Assembly: GCA_032128875.1 (NCBI GenBank)
Contig: JAVLKG010000001.1
Location: 1,017,453-1,081,452, forward strand
DNA length: 64,000 bases
Source: Candidatus Melainabacteria bacterium 17Bon1m
GTDB taxonomy: Bacteria > Cyanobacteriota > Vampirovibrionia > Obscuribacterales > Obscuribacteraceae
Reading direction: 5' to 3'
Shown: one piece after another, positions 49,738-58,145 of the stretch
Position numbering within the stretch: position 1 is the stretch's first letter
How the letters are laid out: the number at the start of each line of letters is the position of its first letter
Translations under genes and position numbers: made by a program
Notes under the pieces: model-generated
Seen by the model: the letters and a program-made list of their open reading frames with translations, nothing else
Told to the model about the DNA's origin: nothing
Databases searched by the model: none

Positions 49738-51243
49738 TCACTCAACATTCGAGCTTCCCTTTTCTTTCGAAGCGCTCTTGTCTTTAGTGATGTCTTCGTC
49801 CTTCAAAACGCTTTTGCCTTGAGGAATTTCGGATGCAGAGCTTGCTTTTTTCTCAGCACTTTCGGTCGATTCGATCAGATTGGCCAGTTCTTTTGAATCC
49901 GGCAATGCTGGAATTGCGAAGTCTGGAACTTGCTCCAAATAAATGTCTCGTTCTGTCAAATTGCACAAGTTCATTGGCACGATGATTGGCTTCTTCTGCG
50001 CCAATCGTGCTCTTATTGCTTCTACTGTTTTTAGTTCGTTCAGCAGATTTAAGTCACGAAATGCATGCGCTCGTTCTCTTTGAACTTTTGCCATTTCTGT
50101 TTTTCCTTGCGCTTGCAAGAAATCTGCGAACTCCAAAGTGTAGACTGCCAGTGCGATATAAGAAGGATTGTTAGCGCCGGCCATAGAATCAATTGTGTTT
50201 CGGTAATACAACTCGGCTTCTTCCGGGCGATTTTGCTTTGCACGTATTCGCCCCATTAAGGCATCGCATCGCGGCTGGCATTCCAGCTCGTCCTTGTACC
50301 GAAGTGCCAATTCGCGTGCCTTTTCGACGTATTGCTCTGCTTCCTCTAGATTATCTCTTTCGGTTTCGATCGAGGCTTTGATAAAGTCCAGCCTCCAGCC
50401 GATATATTGCTTCACGCGCGGAGTAGCTTTCTTGATTGCCTCCTGCAGCGCTTTGTCTGCTTCGTCAATCTGCCCCATTCTGACCAGGCAAAGGGCGAGG
50501 TTGTTCAACAAAATTGCCTCGGCGCGCCTGTCGGCTGGTCGTTTTAGCAGATCGCGGAAAACCTCTGCGGCTTCCTCGAATTTCCATTGCGATAGAAGAG
50601 CTACAGCCAGATTGTTTGCGACGCCCCAGTTCTTCGGCGATTTTTTCCGGGCTTTTGAGTGGGGCTCGATCAAACCCCAACTGTAAAGCGTCACCGCTTG
50701 AAACTCTACAAAGCGCCCTTCCAGCATCAGTAGGCGCACGAAAGCATCGGTGGCTGCAATGTGCGAATTGTGCGTGTACGGATACCACATGGTCGTCCAG
50801 TACAAAGTGTTTGGCAACATGCGCACAACGCGAGTGTAGTGGCGGTTTTTCATCGCAGTGGTGATTTGATGCGCCATTATTGTTCCGGTCAGCCAGGCGA
50901 AAAACAGCAGACCAAAGAAGATTTGGAAGAACGAATAACCAAAGAATGCCGACAGTATTGCCGGCGGTAGCGTCAGACCAATGATCCACAGGATCTTGGC
51001 TGTGTACATAGAGGGCCAGTCTTTTGCGCCCCTGTCGATCAATTGTTGGGTTAGCTCATCGTCAATGAGGTTTGGTGCCTGCATCTCTGCTTTCAGATCC
51101 CAAAAAGCAGAGAGGTCTGACCCTGGCGATCCTTCGCGTGCCATGACTTCAGCGCCGGTGGACGCCGGAACCTGAGCCGATTGCGATGCCGCTGGAGACT
51201 CCGGGCTAGCAGAATTGTCGCTGGAAACCTTTTCGTCCGTCAT
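49738..51243 (-). CDS. Membrane-anchored TPR protein
   Basis: Two TMs followed by TPRs (ANNLAVALL, LLNNLALCL). Confidence 0.75.
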   Translation of the reverse strand: MTDEKVSSDNSASPESPAASQSAQVPASTGAEVMAREGSPGSDLSAFWDLKAEMQAPNLIDDELTQQLIDRGAKDWPSMYTAKILWIIGLTLPPAILSAFFGYSFFQIFFGLLFFAWLTGTIMAHQITTAMKNRHYTRVVRMLPNTLYWTTMWYPYTHNSHIAATDAFVRLLMLEGRFVEFQAVTLYSWGLIEPHSKARKKSPKNWGVANNLAVALLSQWKFEEAAEVFRDLLKRPADRRAEAILLNNLALCLVRMGQIDEADKALQEAIKKATPRVKQYIGWRLDFIKASIETERDNLEEAEQYVEKARELALRYKDELECQPRCDALMGRIRAKQNRPEEAELYYRNTIDSMAGANNPSYIALAVYTLEFADFLQAQGKTEMAKVQRERAHAFRDLNLLNELKTVEAIRARLAQKKPIIVPMNLCNLTERDIYLEQVPDFAIPALPDSKELANLIESTESAEKKASSASEIPQGKSVLKDEDITKDKSASKEKGSSNVE

Positions 51244-51285
51244 CTGGTTTTGAGTCCCTTCAGACCATGCAGGCCGAAAGCTTGC

Positions 51286-51756
51286 TTACCAGCTCTTTTG
51301 GAAGCTTGAAAGAACCAAATTTACCCAGGCGTCGTTGGAGTCGTGCATGGCGTAAAGGATGATTTCAGGCGTGATTTCTTTCTTCTTCTTCTCGTCCTGC
51401 AATTCTTTTGCCTTCTCCATAATCTTTATGGCAGAAGCATTTGAGCGGACGAGGTTGGAGAAGTAGGTGCGCTGTTTGCCCATGCGCAGGCCGATGTCTT
51501 TGCGAATGGCTCCGACGGTGAGGTCTTTGCGTTCTAAGATCATGCTCGCCAGCTTGCCGTCGAACGCCACAAGTGCCAGCAAAAGCCCGGCGTCTGTGAG
51601 CATACCGTGGTTGCAGTCGTTAATGGCGAAGGTCACCAGGTTGGCTGCTTCTTCGCTCAAGGCGTTAAGGATTTCAGGAGGAACCTCCAGGCTGTCGATT
51701 TCGACCTCGCCCAGCGGAGGCGCGTCTATTTCATTCCCTTCGTCGTCATAGTGCAT
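51286..51756 (-). CDS. Stand-alone Clp N-terminal-domain-like protein
   Basis: Two repeats resembling Clp_N (LTDAGLLLALV; ITPEIILYAM); acidic N-terminus. Confidence 0.6.
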   Translation of the reverse strand: MHYDDEGNEIDAPPLGEVEIDSLEVPPEILNALSEEAANLVTFAINDCNHGMLTDAGLLLALVAFDGKLASMILERKDLTVGAIRKDIGLRMGKQRTYFSNLVRSNASAIKIMEKAKELQDEKKKKEITPEIILYAMHDSNDAWVNLVLSSFQKSW

Positions 51757-52465
51757 CTGGCGGCTTTCCTATCTTTATCGACCTAATAATATCGCGAGTA
51801 GTACGAGAACCGGGTGATTCTACTTGGTATCTCTTTTGCGCTTCTTCACATGATCGGCAGAGGAAAAGCGCCAACAGCCGCCATACATCGGGCTTTTCAA
51901 GAAGATCTCGCTTGATCTTGAATAAATCTAATTGCCACGCTTCGGGAAATCCATTTTTTAAGGCGAGGATAAGGTCCTCATAAATCTCAGGATTCCAGCC
52001 TGCTTGAGACCGAAGGAAGTCGATCAGGTCTTTGCTTGTGTGGATATTTTCAATTTTTTCCGGGTTTACGCTGAAGTGAGGCTCATGTATGACCGCTACT
52101 AGAAAATCCCGGACCGCATAGAAATCAGGCTCTTCTTCTGATTCATTTTGTACCGGCAGTAAGAAAGTGTCGCCGCCCTTCAGGTGGACATAGAGCGCCT
52201 TCTGCTCCGGATCCTTCGGGAGATCGACTTCTCGTATGTCTTCGTACCTGATGGTTCGAGCTTTCTCGCCCTTCACTCGGTAAACGGCTTGATCGCTGAT
52301 AAGAATGAAATCCTCTTCGTTGTTGATGTAAACACCGTAGAGCCTTTCATCTTTGGCAAGAATCGAATTCGAAAAAACCGAAGTATCGTGAGGCCTGGCA
52401 AAACATTCAATCAAGGACAGATGTCGCGTAATGTATTTTTCAATGTTGAGCCAATACGAGGGCAT
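51746..52465 (-). CDS. Hypothetical protein
   Basis: 239-aa ORF co-oriented downstream of polA and overlapping the next gene. Confidence 0.65.
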   Translation of the reverse strand: MPSYWLNIEKYITRHLSLIECFARPHDTSVFSNSILAKDERLYGVYINNEEDFILISDQAVYRVKGEKARTIRYEDIREVDLPKDPEQKALYVHLKGGDTFLLPVQNESEEEPDFYAVRDFLVAVIHEPHFSVNPEKIENIHTSKDLIDFLRSQAGWNPEIYEDLILALKNGFPEAWQLDLFKIKRDLLEKPDVWRLLALFLCRSCEEAQKRYQVESPGSRTTRDIIRSIKIGKPPDAL

Positions 52466-52504
52466 CGATGTTTCGTCTTGTCGAGTTGTTTCCGTCGGTC
52501 TAAA

Positions 52505-55474
52505 TTACTTAGCTTCCATCCAGTTTGGACCAACTCCGATATCCACTACCAGCGGCACTTTCAGCGGTTGTCCGTATTCCATTGATTGCGTGATTACTTT
52601 CTTCGCGAGCTCTAATTCTTCGTTTGGAACTTCAAGTACAAGTTCGTCATGCACTTGCAAAACGATCTTGGTCTTCATATTGTTTTCCTTCAATTCTTTG
52701 CTCAGACGAATCATCGCCAGCTTCATGAGGTCTGCTGCACTGCCTTGAAGAGGTGCATTGAAAGCGGCTCTTTCGTCGGCTTGCCGGATCATTGAATTGC
52801 GGTCATTCAAATATCTGAAGTGTCTGCGGCGACCGTAGATCGTCTCTACGTAATTTTTCTCGCGGGCAGTTTCGAGGGTTTCAGAAACTAATTTCATCAC
52901 GTTGGGGTATGTGTTGAAATACTTTTCGCGGAACTTCTTAGCCTCGGCTGTAGACACACCCAAGTCAATGCCTGTGCGGTAATCGCCTTGTTGATAGACG
53001 AGTGCGAAGTTCATTGTCTTACCAACCGCGCGCATTTCTTTTGTAACTTCTTCTAGTGGAATATCGAAGATTTCTTTGGCTGTGCGTTGGTGAATGTCCT
53101 GATTCTTTTGAAACGCGTCGATGAGCGTCGGGTCTTCTGCCATATGCGCGAGCATGCGCAATTCTATTTGCGAGTAGTCGGCGGAAACCATCACCCAGCC
53201 TTCTTTTTCCGGAATGAACGCGCGGCGTATTCGGCTGCCGATTTCGGTCCGGATTGGAATATTTTGCAGGTTCGGATTGGTGCTTGAAAGGCGTCCTGTT
53301 GCTGCGACTGTTTGGTTGAATGTTCCGTGCAAACGATTGTCTCTTTGGCTGACAAGTTTGGTCAGGCTGTCAACGTATGTTGAACGCAACTTGGAGAGAT
53401 GCCTGTATTCGAGCAGCTTGGGAATGATTATGTGCTCGTCTTTCAGCGCTTCCAGAGCTGCAGCATCAGTGGACAGACCTGTCTTCTTTGTTGTTTTGCC
53501 TTGCGGTTTTAATCCCAAATCTTCGAACAGGACTTTCTGAAGTTGTTGTGTCGAATTGATATTGAATGAATAACCGGAAAGAGCAAAAATCTCTGACTCC
53601 AATCTTGCGATGTCCGAAGACAGTTCAATGGAGAGCTTCTTGAGATACGCAGTGTCGAGCGCAATACCGTTCTGTTCCATCTCGGCAAGAACGCACGAAA
53701 GTGGCAGTTCAATCTCGTTGAGAATAAACAGTTGCTCTTTGTCCAACATAGGCAAGTATGTGCGAGCAAGCTCCAGGGTCATGCGAGCATCGTCAGCCGC
53801 ATAGGGAGCTGCTTTTTCAATTGGCACCATTTCCATGGTGACCTGTTTTTTGCCAGTACCAATCAACTCGGCAATTCGCACCATCTCATAATTGAATACT
53901 CTGCTGACCTGATCCTTCAGTCCATGCTTTTCATCAGCATTGAGAATATAGCTTGCGATCATCGTATCGAAGGCTACTGGGCACATTTTGATGCCGTAGA
54001 GCGACAAGACATTCATTTCGAACTTTGCGTTCTGTGCGATTTTACCGATCTTGGGATTCTCTAAAATTGGCTTCAGTCGTTCGATAACGAGATCATGATC
54101 GAGCTGCTGTTGCGTGAGAATACCTGAGTGTCCAACCGGAATGTATGCGGTTTTCGGTCCACTTCCATTGGTGCTGGAATTCTCGCTGACGGAAAGTTTT
54201 CCGTCAGTGAGGCTGAAGCCCCCGCCCCAGGCAAATGCGTAGCCGACAATGTTTGTATCCAGCGATTCGATTCCGCTGGTTTCTAAATCGATGGCAAATG
54301 CTTGTTCGTTGGAAAGTTCGTCAACCAGATGATTGAGAGCATCTTCGGTCGTGATGATCTGCGGCGTCGGTGGTCCAAACGAGCGTTGCTCGTATACCGG
54401 CGCGTTCGATGCTGGTTCTATCGAATCGAAGAGACCGAGCTGACGACCTCCGCCACCCAAGCCCGTTTCTGCACCGACTCCTGCGCCAACGGGGATCTCC
54501 GATTCGACCTCAACGCTAACAACTGTGAGCGATGAGATTTCCCCGGACTGTGCCGGCATCGCGACCGCGCCACCAGAAATTTTGGAGAGCACAATGGGCA
54601 AGCGACTGACAATTTTCTTCATACCGAGGTTTTGGAAAAAGTCGTTTGCTTTGCTCGTATCGATAGAGTCCAGACGGCAATGAGCGAAGTCGAATTCCAT
54701 TGGTACATCGAGCTTGATTGTCGCAAGCATCTGGCTCTTGTAGGCAATTTCCTTGCCTTCTGTTAGTTTTCCTTTTACCGATTTTGATTTCAACTCTTCG
54801 ACATGTTCGTAGATGCCATCGAGAGTTTTATATTGCGTCAGAAGCTCTACTGCTGTCTTTGGTCCGATGCCTTTGACGCCGGGAATATTGTCTGAGGAGT
54901 CGCCGCAAAGCGCCTTGTAATCAATGATTTGCTCTGGCCAGACGCCCATCTTTTCAAAAACTTCTGCGCGTCTGTAGGTCACCAAACCACCGCCACGTGC
55001 CGGCGGCATGAGAACCTGAATGTCACCGTCTACGTCGGTAACGAGTTGAAATGCGTCTTTGTCTCCGGTGAGAATGTCGACGCGAATGCCGCGGCGTTCT
55101 GCATCTTTGGCAACGGTACCGATGACATCGTCCGCTTCGTAGCCGGGCAATTCATATAAAGGAATGCCCAACATTTGGACACCCTCTTTGATGAGCGGCC
55201 ACTGCTTCTTCAGGTCGTCCGGCATTTCCAGACGATTTGCTTTGTACTCGACATACTCTTCTTTACGGAAGGTGGGTTCCTCGCGGTCGAATGCGACAGC
55301 GAGCATTGTCGGGTTGTGCTTTTCGATCAGATCGAAAATGGAGCTGAAGAAGCCGTATAAAGCACCAGTCGGAATACCGGATGAACTGCGCAATCCCATG
55401 GAGAAAAGCGCGTAGAACATGCGGAATGCCAGGGAGCTACCGTCAACGAGAACGAGAGTCTCCTTTTCTGCCAT
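52505..55474 (-). CDS. polA: DNA polymerase I
   Basis: 5'-3' exonuclease (LVDGSS, EADDVIG, GDSSDNIPGVKGIGPKTA), 3'-5' exonuclease (IDLET), TGRLSS, DYSQIELR, QVHDEL. Confidence 0.99.
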   Translation of the reverse strand: MAEKETLVLVDGSSLAFRMFYALFSMGLRSSSGIPTGALYGFFSSIFDLIEKHNPTMLAVAFDREEPTFRKEEYVEYKANRLEMPDDLKKQWPLIKEGVQMLGIPLYELPGYEADDVIGTVAKDAERRGIRVDILTGDKDAFQLVTDVDGDIQVLMPPARGGGLVTYRRAEVFEKMGVWPEQIIDYKALCGDSSDNIPGVKGIGPKTAVELLTQYKTLDGIYEHVEELKSKSVKGKLTEGKEIAYKSQMLATIKLDVPMEFDFAHCRLDSIDTSKANDFFQNLGMKKIVSRLPIVLSKISGGAVAMPAQSGEISSLTVVSVEVESEIPVGAGVGAETGLGGGGRQLGLFDSIEPASNAPVYEQRSFGPPTPQIITTEDALNHLVDELSNEQAFAIDLETSGIESLDTNIVGYAFAWGGGFSLTDGKLSVSENSSTNGSGPKTAYIPVGHSGILTQQQLDHDLVIERLKPILENPKIGKIAQNAKFEMNVLSLYGIKMCPVAFDTMIASYILNADEKHGLKDQVSRVFNYEMVRIAELIGTGKKQVTMEMVPIEKAAPYAADDARMTLELARTYLPMLDKEQLFILNEIELPLSCVLAEMEQNGIALDTAYLKKLSIELSSDIARLESEIFALSGYSFNINSTQQLQKVLFEDLGLKPQGKTTKKTGLSTDAAALEALKDEHIIIPKLLEYRHLSKLRSTYVDSLTKLVSQRDNRLHGTFNQTVAATGRLSSTNPNLQNIPIRTEIGSRIRRAFIPEKEGWVMVSADYSQIELRMLAHMAEDPTLIDAFQKNQDIHQRTAKEIFDIPLEEVTKEMRAVGKTMNFALVYQQGDYRTGIDLGVSTAEAKKFREKYFNTYPNVMKLVSETLETAREKNYVETIYGRRRHFRYLNDRNSMIRQADERAAFNAPLQGSAADLMKLAMIRLSKELKENNMKTKIVLQVHDELVLEVPNEELELAKKVITQSMEYGQPLKVPLVVDIGVGPNWMEAK

Positions 55475-55520
55475 TTCAATTCCTCCGGTGTCTTATGTTC
55501 TTTCCATTTCTTTTAGGCAA

Positions 55521-55605
55521 GGGCGCGCTGCACGCGCCGCTTTTCGGTTTTCTGAAGACTAGATGAAAATCAGAAGCCGAGGGCGATGCATGGCATCGCC
55601 TCTAC
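55521..55605. repeat. Two REP-like palindromes
   Basis: gggcgcgctgcacgcgcc and gggcgatgcatggcatcgcctCTAC. Confidence 0.7.
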
Positions 55606-55608
55606 AGT

Positions 55609-57402
55609 TTATTGCGCGGCAGGCGCGGCTGGGGCCGCTGGTGCTGCGGATGTTCTTGGTCTGGGCGGTCCCATTACTTGCCCGATTGCATCAGACAAGC
55701 CCGAACCTTCGCACAATGACGGCGCTTCGATGCCCAGGATGCTGGTTACGGTCGGCGCGATATCGATTGGGCTGACAGTTTGGCTGAAACGTCCAGCGCG
55801 TATTGAGCTGCCACAAAGAATGAGCGGCACTTGAGTGTCATACGCAAACGGCGAGCCACTGCCGGTTCCGGCAGTTTCTGAGGCAAACACATATCCGGGT
55901 TTTGGATAGATGAGCAATTCGCCCGAACGATTCCAGTAATAGCTGCGTCTTTGCGCTTCAGCATTGCCGCCGCTTTGGACTTGGTTGAGAATCAACTGGT
56001 GACGGCAAAGAACATCGCCGACTCCGGCAATGGACTTAGCCAACTTGGCTGCAACAGCCTCTACATCAGCCTGGCGAACTTTTTGCTTTTCCAATGTTTC
56101 CAGCTTTAAGTAGACGTTGGGTGGCGAGAATTCATCAATCCAATCATCCGGAGCGATCTGCGAATCTAGTGCAGAATCGAGCAAATTTTTGAATGTCTTG
56201 GGATCGATTTTGCCGGTGTTCATTCTGCGTTCTTTGAGGAACTCAGGAATCGGCATGGTGCCATGCGCTGCAGTAAAGACGATAAGCGTGTTGTTCAAAC
56301 CGACCTTTTGATCTACGACTTGAAACAAGCTGGAGAGCGACTGGTCCATTTTGAGGACGAGGTCTTCAGCTTCTTGGCTGTATGGTCCGAACGACTGGGT
56401 CAAATGGTCTCCGGCAGCCAAACTCAGGCAGAGCATGTCCGGCTCATTATGCTGACCGAGGAATTCTTTTTCGATTGCTTCTTTGGCGAAGTCGCAGGTC
56501 ATTTGATTTGCCCACGGTGTCATCGCAAATGCGTTGTAAAAAGCCTCGCCTTGTCCGCTGATGGTGTGGGGGAAGGTCTTAGACCAACCGGCTTCAGCCT
56601 TTTCGTAGGGATAGTCGTCGCGAGTAGATGCGCCGTATTCGGTCTCAGGAAGGCTTCTTTGCCATGGCTTGCCGTTGTATTTGTCGGCATAGCGTTGTTC
56701 GTTGAATGCTTTGGCCCATGCCGGTAAATCGACGGAATATTGAGATGAGGTGACGAAATTTCCGGTTGTGCGATCAAACCAAAAGGCGCCGTTGGCAAGA
56801 ACGCCGGCCAGCATCAAGGCTGAAGTATCGCGCAGCGAGCAAGCGACGACTTTGCTTCTGCCATTGGTTGCGAGTTTCATCTGGTCACCAATTGTGGTGC
56901 CGACCAGACGCATCGAGCTTGCACCTTGACCGCTGGCACCGACCAAGTGGTAGGTATCATCGGCAGTGGCACTCATTACTCTGTTTTTCTTAGGAACGTA
57001 CCATTCGTCAGCGACGATTCCGGAAAGCCACGGATTTGCTCCAGTGGAAATAGCTGCCTGCCCGCAAGCATTTTGCGAGGTAGCATAGCTGAGGCGGCAG
57101 TTTGTGTAGTTGGCACCGTGCTCCATCAAGTAGCGCAGTCCGCCGCTGCTCAGCTTGTCTTGGTAGCGGCTCAGATAATTGTATGAGAAATGGTCCGCAA
57201 CTATTAATAGTACGAGTTTTGGTCTTGCCGATTGCGAGGCTTGAGCCAGTGCGGGCGGGCAAATGCTGTTGATGCCCAAACAAATCAATACAAGCAGTGT
57301 AAGAAATGCTCTCAACAAATGCACAGACAATACCTCGCTAAAAGTAGTAACCGGCACCCCTTGCCGAAGTTCAAACCGATGACGAATCACAGCCATCGAC
57401 AA
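55609..57402 (-). CDS. Alkaline phosphatase superfamily protein, PafA-like, probably catalytically degenerate
   Basis: RPKLVLLIVAD, TTIGDQMKLATNG.SKV, AFWFD..TG.FVTS, RSG, GSP..YD..VPL; catalytic residues substituted. True start probably lies downstream of 57402. Confidence 0.85.
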   Translation of the reverse strand: MSMAVIRHRFELRQGVPVTTFSEVLSVHLLRAFLTLLVLICLGINSICPPALAQASQSARPKLVLLIVADHFSYNYLSRYQDKLSSGGLRYLMEHGANYTNCRLSYATSQNACGQAAISTGANPWLSGIVADEWYVPKKNRVMSATADDTYHLVGASGQGASSMRLVGTTIGDQMKLATNGRSKVVACSLRDTSALMLAGVLANGAFWFDRTTGNFVTSSQYSVDLPAWAKAFNEQRYADKYNGKPWQRSLPETEYGASTRDDYPYEKAEAGWSKTFPHTISGQGEAFYNAFAMTPWANQMTCDFAKEAIEKEFLGQHNEPDMLCLSLAAGDHLTQSFGPYSQEAEDLVLKMDQSLSSLFQVVDQKVGLNNTLIVFTAAHGTMPIPEFLKERRMNTGKIDPKTFKNLLDSALDSQIAPDDWIDEFSPPNVYLKLETLEKQKVRQADVEAVAAKLAKSIAGVGDVLCRHQLILNQVQSGGNAEAQRRSYYWNRSGELLIYPKPGYVFASETAGTGSGSPFAYDTQVPLILCGSSIRAGRFSQTVSPIDIAPTVTSILGIEAPSLCEGSGLSDAIGQVMGPPRPRTSAAPAAPAAPAAQ

Positions 57403-57620
57403 GTGGGTTCTAAAGGAGACTGAATGAGGCGCTTGACTTGCCTTCGGCCATCCTATAACGAGTAATTTTACGGCCCTTGAGATGATGTTTTCAGCCGTTT
57501 TGGGACGCGATAGTGTAACGCTTTATATTGATAACTTTGTGAACTTAAGGCTCTTTTGGAATTACCACTCTAAAATCAGACGAATCAGCACCAGACCAGC
57601 GATTTAAGTGGAGAGTGGTT

Positions 57621-58040
57621 ATGAGCGAGCGAACAAAATTATTAAAGAAAGCAGTCATGACTGGCGTTGGCGGCGCTACCAATGTAGACCGCATTAAATC
57701 GGCCATCAAAGACGCAATGAACGACTTGGTTAAAGTTGGACAAGATCTTCTCGACGATTTGGAAGAAAAAGGTACCAATAAGACCGATTCAGTCCAACAA
57801 TTCATGAAAAACCTCAAGTCCGAAACTGAGAAGAAAGGATTTGAAGTTGAAAAGAAAGTTTCCACCAACGTTAAGGGTTCAATGAAGAAGGCTGCCAAAG
57901 AGCTCGGCCTCATCACCCGCGAAGATTGGGAAGAACTCTACGAGCGCATCGCTGCTATCGAAGATGCAGTCGGCGTAAGCGCTGGTGACGAAGAAGGCGA
58001 AAGCAAGAAGAGCCGCAAGAAGAACAAGAACAACAACTAG
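57621..58040 (+). CDS. Phasin-like (PhaF/PhaI-type) coiled-coil protein
   Basis: LLKKAVMTGVG...DLVKVG...ELGLITREDWEELYERIAAIE; basic tail. Confidence 0.6.
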   Translation: MSERTKLLKKAVMTGVGGATNVDRIKSAIKDAMNDLVKVGQDLLDDLEEKGTNKTDSVQQFMKNLKSETEKKGFEVEKKVSTNVKGSMKKAAKELGLITREDWEELYERIAAIEDAVGVSAGDEEGESKKSRKKNKNNN

Positions 58041-58066
58041 TTCTACTGCTCTTAAAGACGTTCAAA

Positions 58067-58121
58067 GGGGTGCAGCGATGCGCCCCTTTTGCTTATGCGT
58101 GGGGGCGCGTTGCACGCGCCC
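58067..58121. repeat. Terminator-like hairpin plus REP-like palindrome
   Basis: aaaggggtgca..tgcgcccctttt and gtgggggcgcgttgcacgcgccc between convergent genes. Confidence 0.7.
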
Positions 58122-58145
58122 TTTTCTCATTTTTGTATAGCGCCC

